A stretch of 52,256 nucleotides of DNA from Verrucomicrobiales bacterium (GCA_005805305.1 SYMW01000008.1:1-52256), one strand, 5' to 3'; positions 41,300 to 51,450 are shown, counted from the stretch's first letter. Notes: a model not told the origin generated them from the sequence alone. Made by a program: numbers and translations.

Positions 41300-42384
41300 T
41301 GAAAAGCAAGATTGGAATTGGCCTGATCGGCTGCGGCGGGATCGCCCTCGCGAATCATGTTCCGGGGATTGCTCTCAGCCCCGTGGCCAGAATTACCGCG
41401 CTTTGTGACGCCGACGGCGCCGTTCTAAATCGCGCGTCGGAACAAACCGGCGTAAGTTCCAAAACGAGCCGCTACGAGGAATTGCTGGCGATGGACAGCG
41501 TCGATGCGGTCATCATCGCGACGCCCAATTTGTTCCACGCCCCGATCGCATTAGCCGCCATCAAGGCTGGAAAACACGTTCTCTGCGAGAAACCGATCGC
41601 CATGAATGCGCCGGAAGCCGCGGCCATGTGCGACGAGGCGCGAAAGGCCGGGGTCCGCCACATGACGGCGTTCACCTACCGTTTCGTGCCCGCCATGCGC
41701 TATATGGCGCATCTTCTGTCCACGGGAGCGATCGGGGTCCCGTACCATTTCCGGGCCCAACGCTTTCAAGATTGGGGCATGCGCTCCATTGGGTGGCGTC
41801 AAGTCGCCCGCATGGCTGGAAGCGGGGAACTGGGGGACATGCTCTCCCATCGCATCGATTTCGCTCATCTTCTCTTTGGCGGCTTCACAGAAATCGTGGC
41901 GTCGCTGCGGAAGTACATCGATGTGCGAGAAGGCCAAGCTTCCGACCTCGACGATTGGGTCTCGATACTTGGCTCGTTCGAGAACGGCGCGACCGGTGTG
42001 CTCGAAAGTTCGAAGCTCGTCACGGGAGGCGGCGAAGGGGGGCGAAGCCGGGATCTCTGCGAGGTCAATGGGAGCGAAGGCAGCTTGGTTTACGAATTGG
42101 GAATGCCTTTCCATATCCGCGTCGGTAAAAAAGGCGGGTCCGGTTTCGAAACCGTTTCTCTTCCGAAAGAGTTTCTAACCCTCCCCGGCTCCAATCGGGA
42201 TCCCCATGCCACGGATCCGCTGGTCGGATTCCGTTACGATCAAGACGTGGAATTCATTCAGGCCATCCTTGAACAACGGGATTGCAGACCCTCTTTCGTC
42301 GACGGCCTCAGGGCCCAAATCGTCATGGACGCCGCGATGGAGTCTGATCGCACAAAACAATGGGTCAAGATTCGGCCTTGTTGA
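41299..42384 (+). CDS. Gfo/Idh/MocA family oxidoreductase
   Basis: IGCGGIA, GKHVLCEKP and GDMLSHRID. TAATG stop/start overlap. Confidence 0.92.
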   Translation: MKSKIGIGLIGCGGIALANHVPGIALSPVARITALCDADGAVLNRASEQTGVSSKTSRYEELLAMDSVDAVIIATPNLFHAPIALAAIKAGKHVLCEKPIAMNAPEAAAMCDEARKAGVRHMTAFTYRFVPAMRYMAHLLSTGAIGVPYHFRAQRFQDWGMRSIGWRQVARMAGSGELGDMLSHRIDFAHLLFGGFTEIVASLRKYIDVREGQASDLDDWVSILGSFENGATGVLESSKLVTGGGEGGRSRDLCEVNGSEGSLVYELGMPFHIRVGKKGGSGFETVSLPKEFLTLPGSNRDPHATDPLVGFRYDQDVEFIQAILEQRDCRPSFVDGLRAQIVMDAAMESDRTKQWVKIRPC

Positions 42385-42418
42385 GTGCCTGGTCTTTTAA
42401 TTAGTGAGTTCCTCTGAT

Positions 42419-42447
42419 TTGACAGCATCCTCGGGATAACTTATACC
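42419..42447 (+). promoter_or_regulatory. Candidate sigma70 promoter for the peroxiredoxin
   Basis: TTGACA-N17-TATACC. Confidence 0.4.
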
Positions 42448-42494
42448 CGACCGTGGTTTCCGTGCAGCGCACAAAACGTTAAATTCTATCTATT

Positions 42495-42974
42495 ATGGCA
42501 ATATCTGTAGGCTCCAAAGCTCCTGATTTCAGTCTCAAATCGAAAACCGCGTCGGGGCTTTCCGACGTGACCCTGAGCAAGAACGCGGGTGTCAAGAACA
42601 CGGTCATTCTCTTTTTCCCGCTGGCGTTCACCGGAGTTTGCACCACGGAGATGTGCGACATCAGCGGGGGCATTCAAGCGTATTCAGACCTGAACGCTGA
42701 AGTTATCGGGATCAGCGTCGACAGCCCTTTCGCTCAAGAAGCGTGGGCGCAGAAAGAAAAGATTTCCATCACCCTCGCCAGCGACCTCAACAAAAAGACC
42801 GCAGAAGCCTATGGCGTGCTGCTCCCCGACCTTGTCGGCCTGGGATCAGTCAGCGCCCGAGCCGCGTTCGTGGTCGATAAAGGCGGCGTTGTGCGTTACG
42901 CCGAGGTCACCCCCACTGTTAAAGACTTGCCGAACTTCAGTGCGGTGAAGCAAGCCTTGGCCAGTTTGACCTGA
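42495..42974 (+). CDS. Peroxiredoxin (AhpC/TSA; AhpE/Bcp-like)
   Basis: APDF, FPLAFTGVCTTEMC, GISVDS, SD and RA.FVVD motifs. Confidence 0.92.
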   Translation: MAISVGSKAPDFSLKSKTASGLSDVTLSKNAGVKNTVILFFPLAFTGVCTTEMCDISGGIQAYSDLNAEVIGISVDSPFAQEAWAQKEKISITLASDLNKKTAEAYGVLLPDLVGLGSVSARAAFVVDKGGVVRYAEVTPTVKDLPNFSAVKQALASLT

Positions 42975-43025
42975 GTTTCAGATCTCTTGTTCGGCCACCG
43001 GCCGGCGCCTGAATTCTAAAAGGAT

Positions 43026-44282
43026 TCACGCCGGCAGGTGCGCCGCCAAAAAGTCGGCGATGTGCATGACTTGAGTCGCACGGTTTTTAGCCGACTCAAG
43101 TCCGGCTTTCATCTGCAGCAAGCAGCCCGGATTTGATGTGACAACGATATCCGCCCGGGATTCGAGGATGTGCCCGATCTTCCGGCGACGGAGCCGTCCG
43201 GCCATTTCGGGTTGGGTGAGATTGTAACTCCCCGCGCTGCCGCAGCACACGTCCGATTCCGACATCTCCACGTAGCCGCCGCGGGCCACATGCCGCACGA
43301 GTCTTCTCGGAGCTTCCGTGATTCGTTGGGCATGGGCCAAGTGGCAGGCATCTTGATAAGTGACTCTTCCAAATCGAGGAGGCAGCCAGTCGATGCACTC
43401 CGGCTCAATCATTTCGGACAAATCTCGAGCTTTGGCGGAAAAAGCCATCGCTGACGGCGCCCATCGAGGATCGTTCGAGAGCAATTGGCCGTATTCCTTC
43501 AAAGTGGATCCACACCCGGCCGCATTGATGACCACGGCCTTCAAGTCAGGCGCGTTGAACGAGCCCAGATTATGGGCGGCGCACCGTCTTGCTTCCGCCA
43601 TGTTCCCGCCATGGGCAAAAAGCGCGCCGCAGCAGCCCTGAGCCTCCGGGACGACGACGTCAAAGCCCGCCCTCTGCAACAATCGTATCGTGGACCTGTG
43701 GGTTTCCCTGAACATCACGTCCATGACACATCCAACAACCAACGCGACCGTGCCTCGCGAAGGGTCTCTGGCAGTCTGCGAAAAAGGAGGAAGACTCTCT
43801 TGTGCAGGGCGATGCGGATCGACAAATGCCAGGGGCTCCCGCAAGCCAGCGGGTAGGAATCGATCCATTGCCGCGGCCTTGATCCAACGGGCGGGCGTCA
43901 GGGCAATTTCCATGCGCTCGGGATGCGGCAGAATCCCTTCGATGAACACTTTGGTGAGGAGGGTCTCCATCCACCCCCGCGGAACTGAACGGTTGATGTG
44001 CTCGCGTGTCTCCTCAAGCAGTTCTCCGTAACGCACGCCGCTTGGGCACGCGGCTTCGCAGGCCCGGCATCCCAGGCATGTGTCAATCGCACTCGCGCTG
44101 GCCTCTGTGACCGGCACGGCGCCCTTGTCCATGGCGCGCATCAAGTAAATGCGCCCGCGGGGCGACAGATTTTCATTACCGGTTTCCAAATAAGTCGGGC
44201 ACGACGCCAAGCACAAGCCGCAATGAATGCAGGCGGAAGCTTTGCGGTTGTCGAGAAAACCGCCTGGCCGGTCAGTGTTCAT
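43026..44282 (-). CDS. glcF: Glycolate oxidase iron-sulfur subunit
   Basis: CIHCGLCLASCP and CLGCRACEAACP 4Fe-4S motifs, two CCG domains, DACHL.HAQ. Confidence 0.85.
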   Translation of the reverse strand: MNTDRPGGFLDNRKASACIHCGLCLASCPTYLETGNENLSPRGRIYLMRAMDKGAVPVTEASASAIDTCLGCRACEAACPSGVRYGELLEETREHINRSVPRGWMETLLTKVFIEGILPHPERMEIALTPARWIKAAAMDRFLPAGLREPLAFVDPHRPAQESLPPFSQTARDPSRGTVALVVGCVMDVMFRETHRSTIRLLQRAGFDVVVPEAQGCCGALFAHGGNMAEARRCAAHNLGSFNAPDLKAVVINAAGCGSTLKEYGQLLSNDPRWAPSAMAFSAKARDLSEMIEPECIDWLPPRFGRVTYQDACHLAHAQRITEAPRRLVRHVARGGYVEMSESDVCCGSAGSYNLTQPEMAGRLRRRKIGHILESRADIVVTSNPGCLLQMKAGLESAKNRATQVMHIADFLAAHLPA

Positions 44283-45238
44283 AGCAGCGGAGGCAGCGAT
44301 GGTAAAATGTGGTTCGGATCAAACGCCATCTTGGCTCGTGTTTCCAGTCGTGTGCTGGGCGGCTCGTGCCCAGGGTCTCTGATTTCCGCGGTGTAGAGAA
44401 CGCCGTTTCCCGCCCTGGCCAAAAAGGGCATCGAAGCGAGGCCGGCAATCGCTGCCGCCAGGCCCGTGGGAACTACAGACACCCGCCGCGTCATGAGGCG
44501 TGAGCGCGAGATCCAGAAATCGCGGTCGTAAGAAAGGTCCGAAGGCTTCGAAAACCCAAGCGCAGCCGCGTGATGCGCTTGCCACGCCACCTCCGCCTCT
44601 GTTCCGGAGAAGCCCAAGACCACCATCATCCCATTCCCGGACGTCAGGGATGGTCCGCCACGCCAACAATCGATGATGGACGGGCGAAGGCTCGAGCTCC
44701 TAAGGCTGGCGAGGACCGAACTCAGTTCATCGACTGAAGCGCAGTTCTTTCCGAAGAACAGCTCCGCTCGTGGCCGGGGAAGGAGCTTGAAAGTCGCTTC
44801 AACAATGATTCCGAGAGCGCCGCCCGCTCCAATGAAGAGTTTGCCCAAATCGTAGCCGGCCACGTTCTTGACCACTTTTCCCCCGGTACGAATCAAGGAT
44901 CCGTCCGCCAGCGCCACTCGAAGCCCAAGCACATAGTCGCGAGCTTTGCCAAACCCGAACCGCCGCGGTCCATTGAGATCATGATTCAACACGTCGAGCA
45001 CAGTCAGTGTTTCGGGAAGCGCGGGATCCAGGGGAACCCACTGGCCTCGTTCCCCCAATGCGTGTTGCAGAGTGTCCAACCGCATGCCCGATTGAACCGT
45101 GGCGGTGAGATCCTCCGGACAGTGCTCGACGATTCGGTTAAAATGGGACAAGTCCACGCACTCGACCGGGGTCCGCTCGCGCGAAGCCTTGGCGAGTTGA
45201 GTGCCCAGCTCGATCTCGGTCAGGGGTTCGAGTCGCAT
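44279..45238 (-). CDS. glcE: Glycolate oxidase FAD-binding subunit
   Basis: PEDLT, GGKVVKNVAGYDLGKL and FDP..IL. Lies between glcD and glcF. Confidence 0.8.
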   Translation of the reverse strand: MRLEPLTEIELGTQLAKASRERTPVECVDLSHFNRIVEHCPEDLTATVQSGMRLDTLQHALGERGQWVPLDPALPETLTVLDVLNHDLNGPRRFGFGKARDYVLGLRVALADGSLIRTGGKVVKNVAGYDLGKLFIGAGGALGIIVEATFKLLPRPRAELFFGKNCASVDELSSVLASLRSSSLRPSIIDCWRGGPSLTSGNGMMVVLGFSGTEAEVAWQAHHAAALGFSKPSDLSYDRDFWISRSRLMTRRVSVVPTGLAAAIAGLASMPFLARAGNGVLYTAEIRDPGHEPPSTRLETRAKMAFDPNHILPSLPPLL

Positions 45239-45242
45239 GGGA

Positions 45243-46703
45243 TCAAACGGAAATCTGACGGCGAGGCGCGAAATCCATGCAACGTTTGCCATTCGGAAAC
45301 ATTTTGTGAGGATTGCAGCGATGAAGGGGATCGAACATCCGGCGCAACGAGCGCATGGCGTCGAGATCGGGCTGGGAAAATTGTTTCTCCATGAAATCCG
45401 CTTTTTCCACACCGATGCCATGCTCTCCTGACACACTGCCCCCGAGTTCGAGGCAGCGCTCGAGAATCCGGTTCCCCGCCTGGACTGCGCGTTTGACTTC
45501 ATCGGGGTTGGATTCATCGTAGAGAATCAGGGGATGAATGTTGCCATCTCCCGCGTGAAACACGTTGGGAATCCTCAATCCAAATTCCGCGCTGGTGTGC
45601 TGGATGAACCGCATGATCTCGGGCAGTTTCGAGCGCGGCACGACTCCATCCTGAGTCAGAAAATTGGGGCTCAATCGGCCGATGGCGCCAAATGCCCGCT
45701 TGCGGCATTTCCAAAGATCGGCCCTCTCCTTGTCCGTGCGGGCGCGGCGCACTTCGGTGGCGCGATTGGCCTTGCAGAGCCGCTCCACTTCCATCGCCTG
45801 TTGCTCCAATCCCTCCTCGAGCCCGTCAAGTTCCACGATCAGCAACGCTCCCGCATCCAGGGGGAACCCGAAATGGTAGGCGGCTTCAACCGCCTGGGTG
45901 ATGAGCTGATCCATCATTTCAAGTGCCGCCGGCACAATCCCCGAAGCGATGATGTCGCTGACGGCTTGGCTGGCATCATCGACGGAAGCAAACACGCCCA
46001 GGAGGGTTCGCCAAGACTGGGGAATTTGGCTCAAATTCACAACGACGCGGGTGACGATGCCAAACATGCCTTCGGAGCCGATCACGGCGCCGCGAAGATC
46101 AAGACCGCCTGTCTCCTCCCCTCCTTCCAGAGTCGTTCCCAGCCACACGATCTCACCGTCTGGGAGGACCATCTCCAAACCAAGCACATGATTGGTCGTG
46201 ACCCCGTATTTCAGCGTGTGCGGCCCGCCGGAATTTGTGGCGACATTCCCTCCGATCGTGCAAGCCGTTTGGCTCGATGGATCGGGAGCGTAAAGGAGGC
46301 CTGCCGAACGTACCGCGTTGGTGATCCAAATGTTGACGCAGCCGGCTTCCACGAGCGCTCTTCGATTTTCCAAATCAACCTGCTGCACCTGGTTCATCCG
46401 CGTCAAAGAGATGACCACCGCGTTTTCTATCGGGAGGATGGCGCCGCTCAAATTCGTGCCCGCGCCCCGGGGGATGAAGGGGGCCTGGTGCTTGTTGCAG
46501 CAGCGAACGATCTCCGCCACTTCAAACGGGGAATTTGGCAAGACCACGATCGATGGAATTTTCTTCTCAAGAGTGTAGGCATCGCATTCATACACAAGCA
46601 ATTCCAAGGGATCGGAGAGGATTTGAGGGCTCCCGAGGATCAGCCGCAAATCCGCCAACAGAGCCGATTCATCCTGTGTTGCGCGGTGCATGCCCAGCTT
46701 CAT
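45243..46703 (-). CDS. glcD: Glycolate oxidase subunit (FAD-linked oxidase)
   Basis: RGAGT.LSG, APDPSSQ, GGPHTLKYGVT, FHAGDGN.HP and GEHGIG.EK. Confidence 0.88.
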   Translation of the reverse strand: MKLGMHRATQDESALLADLRLILGSPQILSDPLELLVYECDAYTLEKKIPSIVVLPNSPFEVAEIVRCCNKHQAPFIPRGAGTNLSGAILPIENAVVISLTRMNQVQQVDLENRRALVEAGCVNIWITNAVRSAGLLYAPDPSSQTACTIGGNVATNSGGPHTLKYGVTTNHVLGLEMVLPDGEIVWLGTTLEGGEETGGLDLRGAVIGSEGMFGIVTRVVVNLSQIPQSWRTLLGVFASVDDASQAVSDIIASGIVPAALEMMDQLITQAVEAAYHFGFPLDAGALLIVELDGLEEGLEQQAMEVERLCKANRATEVRRARTDKERADLWKCRKRAFGAIGRLSPNFLTQDGVVPRSKLPEIMRFIQHTSAEFGLRIPNVFHAGDGNIHPLILYDESNPDEVKRAVQAGNRILERCLELGGSVSGEHGIGVEKADFMEKQFSQPDLDAMRSLRRMFDPLHRCNPHKMFPNGKRCMDFAPRRQISV

Positions 46704-46793
46704 AAAGCCCCGCGAATTATTTGGCCACACCTTTATTCCGGGCCTTGGGACTTTCTATTGCCGCACGCCGCGAGGTTGGTCTAAGTTTTCAGA

Positions 46794-47954
46794 ATGATAT
46801 CGATCAACCCTTTCAATCCACCGTCGCGCTTGCTGATGGGCCCCGGCCCGAGCGACGTGCCTCCTTCGGTTTTATTATCGATGGCTCGCCCCGTTTTGGG
46901 CCACCTCGACCCCGTCTTTGTCGGGATGATGGAGGAACTGAAAGGGATGCTGCGCGAGGTCTATCAAACGGCCAACGACATGACATTCCCGGTCAGCGGC
47001 ACCGGCAGCGCCGGGATGGAGTTTTGCCTGGTGAATCTGATCGAACCGGGCGATGAAGTGATCATTGGTGTCAATGGAGTCTTCGGAACTCGCATGGCGG
47101 ACGTGGCGAGCCGCTGCGGAGCGAAAGTGATCAAAGTCGAATCGCCCTGGGGCACGATCATCACGCCGGAACAGATCGCCCAAGCCCTGGTTGGGCGAAA
47201 CCCCAAACTGGTGGCCGTGGTGCACGCTGAAACCTCCACCGGCGCGCTGACACCCGTGGAAGAAATCTCGCGGCTGTCGCGCGAGGCGGGAGCGCTCTTC
47301 GTTCTGGATGCCGTCACTTCGCTCGCGGGCTGCCCCGTGCGGATCGACGCCTGGGGAGTGGACGCGGTCTATAGCGGCACGCAAAAATGCTTGAGCTGCC
47401 CCCCCGGGCTGTCGCCGGTATCCATGAGTGCCCGCGCCGTGGAAACCGCGGCTCGTCGCAAATCCAAAGTCCAGAGCTGGTATCTGGACGTGAACCTGCT
47501 GGCGGCTTATTGGGGCCAAGACAGGGTCTACCATCACACGGCTCCCATCTCCATGAATTACGCCCTGCACGAAGCGCTCCGGCTCGTCCTGGCGGAGGGC
47601 CTCGAATCGAGATGGCGCAGACATGAGCAAAACCACGGCATGCTCAAGCGCGCTCTGGAAGCCATGGGCCTCTCGTTCGCCGCGCAACCAGGTCATCAAC
47701 TGTGGCAACTGAACGCCATCAGCGTGCCCGAAGGGATTGAAGAATCCGTCGTCCGCCGCCGCTTGCTCCTTGAGGACGGCATAGAGATTGGCGCTGGCTT
47801 GGGGCCGTTGAAAGGCAAGATCTGGCGCGTCGGCCTGATGGGCGCCACGTCCACGGGAGCAAACGTGCGCCGGTTTGTGGCGGCTTTCGGCCGGATTTTG
47901 AAAGACTGCGGAAACCGCTGCGACGTGGCGGCCGCCCTCAAAGAGTGCGCTTGA
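46794..47954 (+). CDS. Alanine/serine-glyoxylate aminotransferase (class V)
   Basis: LLMGPGPS, VHAETSTG, SGTQKCL..PPG, YHHTAP and WRVGLMG. Confidence 0.9.
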   Translation: MISINPFNPPSRLLMGPGPSDVPPSVLLSMARPVLGHLDPVFVGMMEELKGMLREVYQTANDMTFPVSGTGSAGMEFCLVNLIEPGDEVIIGVNGVFGTRMADVASRCGAKVIKVESPWGTIITPEQIAQALVGRNPKLVAVVHAETSTGALTPVEEISRLSREAGALFVLDAVTSLAGCPVRIDAWGVDAVYSGTQKCLSCPPGLSPVSMSARAVETAARRKSKVQSWYLDVNLLAAYWGQDRVYHHTAPISMNYALHEALRLVLAEGLESRWRRHEQNHGMLKRALEAMGLSFAAQPGHQLWQLNAISVPEGIEESVVRRRLLLEDGIEIGAGLGPLKGKIWRVGLMGATSTGANVRRFVAAFGRILKDCGNRCDVAAALKECA

Positions 47955-48014
47955 TCCTCAGGGCAATCCCGTCGGCGCCCCTGAAAATTGGAGGCGTCAG
48001 TGGGTACGACCCTC

Positions 48015-48881
48015 TTATTTTGAGGAAACACCGCGGAGATAAGAAAGGATCAATTCGGGCAATTGGGTGCTGTAACCCCCTTCCAAAACGCTCAGCATGG
48101 GAATGCCGAGTTTTGCCAGGGATTTGCCGATCCACTCGAAGTCCTCGGCCTCAAGGGTTTCCTGGGCCAGCGGATCGCGTGCGTAGGCATCGAACCCGGC
48201 GGAGACAAGAATGAGCGCGGGTTTGGCGGCGGACATGCCCGCGATGGCTTTTCCAATGATCTTGCGATAATCCTCGCGAGGGGTGCGGGGAGGGACGGGA
48301 AAATTAAAGCAGTTCTTGCCCACGTCGGAAGTGCCCGTTCCAGGATAGCACGGGTGTTGGTGGATGGAGTAAAACGAGGTGTTGGGGTGGTTCAGCAAGA
48401 TGGCCTCCGTTCCGTTTCCGTGGTGCACGTCGAAATCGAACACGGCCACGCTTTTCGAGCCGGTTTCAAGCGCCTCGAGAGCCGCCACGGCGATGGAGTT
48501 GAAGTAGCAAAAGCCCATTGCGTGATTCCGCGTGGCATGATGGCCGGGGGGGCGCAGAAGGCTCAACGAAGGCTCCCCGGCGCGCGCGCAATTCAAGGCC
48601 CGCAATGCGCCCCCCACGCTGCGTTTGGCGTGGATAAAGATGTCCGGATGATTCGGAGTGTCATTATCGAATGGATCACGGGCGGCTTTCACCTGAGCCA
48701 CATGCTCCGCCGTGTGAGCCCGCAAGATGGTTTTCTCGGGCGCCTCGCTCGGCTCCAGCCACTCCAGCGCGAGTTCGGTCTGGGTCTTTAGGTGATCGAC
48801 GGTCCTCGAAATCCTCGCCGGCCTTTCGGGATGTCCCGGCGATTGATAAGTCGTGCAGTCTTTGTGCGTGATGATTTTCAT
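48015..48881 (-). CDS. Histone deacetylase family zinc-dependent amidohydrolase
   Basis: HPE...R, RPPGHHA, GFC, DVHHGNGT, SAGFD and EGGY. Confidence 0.93.
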   Translation of the reverse strand: MKIITHKDCTTYQSPGHPERPARISRTVDHLKTQTELALEWLEPSEAPEKTILRAHTAEHVAQVKAARDPFDNDTPNHPDIFIHAKRSVGGALRALNCARAGEPSLSLLRPPGHHATRNHAMGFCYFNSIAVAALEALETGSKSVAVFDFDVHHGNGTEAILLNHPNTSFYSIHQHPCYPGTGTSDVGKNCFNFPVPPRTPREDYRKIIGKAIAGMSAAKPALILVSAGFDAYARDPLAQETLEAEDFEWIGKSLAKLGIPMLSVLEGGYSTQLPELILSYLRGVSSK

Positions 48882-48902
48882 CGAGAACTCCGTCGGTGGC
48901 CG

Positions 48903-49880
48903 CTATCGCGCGATCTCGCCACGAATTCTTTCAAGCAATCTCCGCGTGGCCCAAACACCCTCGAGCTCGCTGAGATTCCGGCCTTCGTATTCTATCCCCA
49001 CGTACCCATGATAACCGGCCTTGAGCACGATCTTCAACATCCGTCGATAATCCGTGTGGATCTCGTTGCCGTTGAAGTCAAAATCATGCGACTTGGCGCT
49101 CACGGCCTTGGCAAAGGGCATCATTTCCTCCACCCCCTTATAGCGGTCGTAAACCTTGCCGTTCCCGAGGTCGAAATTGCCAAAGTCAGGAAGCGTGCCG
49201 CAGTTCGGCAAGTTCACGAGCTTCATGACGCCGGCAAGCCAGCTCCCGTTTGACGAGAGGCGTCCATGGTTCTCCACGAGGCAGTTCAAACCGAGCGTCG
49301 AACAGTATTGGGAAAGCTGGGTCAGGCCGTCGGCGGCTCGCTTTTGCTGGTCCTCGAAACTGCCGACTCCTCGAGTTTCCGCGTTGACTCGGATGGAATG
49401 GCATCCAAGAAACTTCGCGGCGTCGGCCCATTTGCGATGGTTCTCCACCGCTCGCGCGATTCTCTTGGCATCCGTATCGCCCAGATAGCCTTCGTCATCG
49501 CACATGATGAGCAGTATTCTGACCCCCTCGCCATCAGCTCGGCTCTTGAACTCGGCGAGATAGCGTCGATCCCGGGCCCGGTTCTTGAAGAACTGATTGA
49601 CGAGCTCGATGGCGTCCACGCCGCACATGAGCTTCGCCGTTTGTGGGAACTGCATGTGGGTCGTGCGGTTCGCAAGGAGAGACCGGTGAAACGACCATTC
49701 GGCGAGGGATATCTGAAAAGGCTCCTGGCGTTGAGCCATTAAAGACGTTCGCCAACCAACGGCGGTGGAGGCCAGAGCGACTGTCGAATGGGCCAAAAAC
49801 GAGCGCCGATCCAGTGTGCCCCCAACGCCGACTCGCGTCCTCGGGCGAGTCTTCGGGTTCAATTGCGGTTGCGTGTTCAA
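48903..49880 (-). CDS. Tat-exported sugar phosphate isomerase/epimerase (AP_endonuc_2 TIM barrel)
   Basis: DRRSFL Tat motif, ISLAEWS, ENHG, LPDFGNF and GIEYEG. Confidence 0.88.
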   Translation of the reverse strand: MNTQPQLNPKTRPRTRVGVGGTLDRRSFLAHSTVALASTAVGWRTSLMAQRQEPFQISLAEWSFHRSLLANRTTHMQFPQTAKLMCGVDAIELVNQFFKNRARDRRYLAEFKSRADGEGVRILLIMCDDEGYLGDTDAKRIARAVENHRKWADAAKFLGCHSIRVNAETRGVGSFEDQQKRAADGLTQLSQYCSTLGLNCLVENHGRLSSNGSWLAGVMKLVNLPNCGTLPDFGNFDLGNGKVYDRYKGVEEMMPFAKAVSAKSHDFDFNGNEIHTDYRRMLKIVLKAGYHGYVGIEYEGRNLSELEGVWATRRLLERIRGEIAR

Positions 49881-49901
49881 CAGGCGCGGTGGTTTCGCCG
49901 A

Positions 49902-51221
49902 TCAATGCGCGGGCGCCGAACCTCCTCCGGCGGCTTGGGGCGCCTTCTTGGAAGGCGGATGGAAAAACAGCGCCAGCGCGATCGCCGCGATGAGAGCCGT
50001 CGCACAGGGCAGGAGGAACAATCCCTTAAAATCCGTGACGCCGTTTGTGGTGAACATATTTTGCAGCAACCACGGACAAATGGAATTAGCCACCAGCGCC
50101 CCGACCCCCAAAATCATGACGTTAAACAGCCCCTGCGCGCTCGAACGCACGTCCTTGGGAAAGTGTTCGTCCACGAAGATGTACACCGTGGCAAAGAAGA
50201 AGGCGTAACAAATTCCGTGAAGGACGTTCACCAGGACGATGAGCGCTTTGTGCTCGGGGAGAAACGCGAACACGGCAAACCTGCCCGCATGCCCCAGGAT
50301 CCCAATGACCATCGTCTTCTTCCAACCAAGCGCCTTCAGGCAGGCGCCCAGGACGAACATGGTCGCAATTTCAGCCAGTTGTCCGATGCTCATGACGGGC
50401 ATGATCCAGTTGCCGGGAATCCCCACTTGCGCACTCCCCAGAAAAGTGCCAGTCCAGTTAAAATAGCAGTTGTGGACGAAGGCATCCACGAACGTAATGA
50501 TCCATAGAATGAGGACGAAGGGATGCTTCAACAGCCGCGTCGCCTCAAGCCAAGCCAGGCTTTCCGACCCCTTCGAAGCCGGCTTCGGCGGAGTGTGCGG
50601 CAGGATCAAACTGAAGAGCGCCAGCAGAATGGAGGCAACTCCCGCGACGATGAACGTCCATTTCGTTGCCTGTTGCAATGCGGGCCCGGTCAATCCGGAA
50701 GCCAGCACGGTTCCAAGCCATTCGACGAACCCATTCGGATTCGCGGCATTCACTTTTCCCCAGTCAACGAGAATAAAAGTGAACGGCCAGGCAGCCAATA
50801 TCCATCCGATCGTGCCTCCCATGCGGATAATCCCGAATTCGTTCTGGGGATCCTTCATGTTCGCGAACGCAATCGAATTAGTGATGGAAATCGTGGGCAC
50901 GTAAAGGAGGCAGTGGACAAGCATGAGCAGGAAGAATGGCCAAAATGTATTGACGAAGCCCAATCCGAGCATTGCCACGCCTCCCACCAAATGGCTGAAA
51001 GCGAGGAACTTCTCAGCCGCGAAATTTCGATCCGCGAACTGGTTGCTGAAAAACATGCCCACGATGGCGGCGACGGGAAAAGCGTTCAAAATGAATGCCT
51101 GTTCCGTCGGCGAGAACCCCAAGCTCGGCAAGTAGCCGAAAATAAGGGGCAGCCAAGCGCCCCAAATAAAAAACTCCAGGACCATCATGAGGAAAAGCTT
51201 CAGTCGAATAGTTTGATTCAT
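49902..51221 (-). CDS. MFS transporter, nucleoside:H+ symporter (NupG-like)
   Basis: LEFFIWGAW, ADRNF, RMGGTIGW, GQLAE, LHGICYAF and SAQGL motifs. Confidence 0.88.
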   Translation of the reverse strand: MNQTIRLKLFLMMVLEFFIWGAWLPLIFGYLPSLGFSPTEQAFILNAFPVAAIVGMFFSNQFADRNFAAEKFLAFSHLVGGVAMLGLGFVNTFWPFFLLMLVHCLLYVPTISITNSIAFANMKDPQNEFGIIRMGGTIGWILAAWPFTFILVDWGKVNAANPNGFVEWLGTVLASGLTGPALQQATKWTFIVAGVASILLALFSLILPHTPPKPASKGSESLAWLEATRLLKHPFVLILWIITFVDAFVHNCYFNWTGTFLGSAQVGIPGNWIMPVMSIGQLAEIATMFVLGACLKALGWKKTMVIGILGHAGRFAVFAFLPEHKALIVLVNVLHGICYAFFFATVYIFVDEHFPKDVRSSAQGLFNVMILGVGALVANSICPWLLQNMFTTNGVTDFKGLFLLPCATALIAAIALALFFHPPSKKAPQAAGGGSAPAH

Positions 51222-51293
51222 AGGCTGTGGGCGCATGCTAGTGGACTTCGCCCCAGGGAGGCAAGACAGGAACTCACGACGCTGCGCGGGGCA

Positions 51294-51450
51294 GTGCATC
51301 CGCAGGTTGACGGTGAATTTGGCTGGCAGCCCGGAGCGCGGTTGTGTGCGAGGCACCAGCCGCAGCAGGTTTGGCGTGATAGCGAGCCTGAGATGCTGCT
51401 GCGACTGGCTTTCAGCACAGTCGCGCTCCACCGACAACTCGCGGATGCAC
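51294..51450. repeat. Nested palindromic element: 22-bp outer inverted repeats enclosing a REP/REPIN-like doublet
   Basis: Outer gtgcatccgcaggttgacggtg / caccgacaactcgcggatgcac. Inner ggagcgcggttgtg / cacagtcgcgctcc and cagccgcagcag / ctgctgcgactg. Confidence 0.8.
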
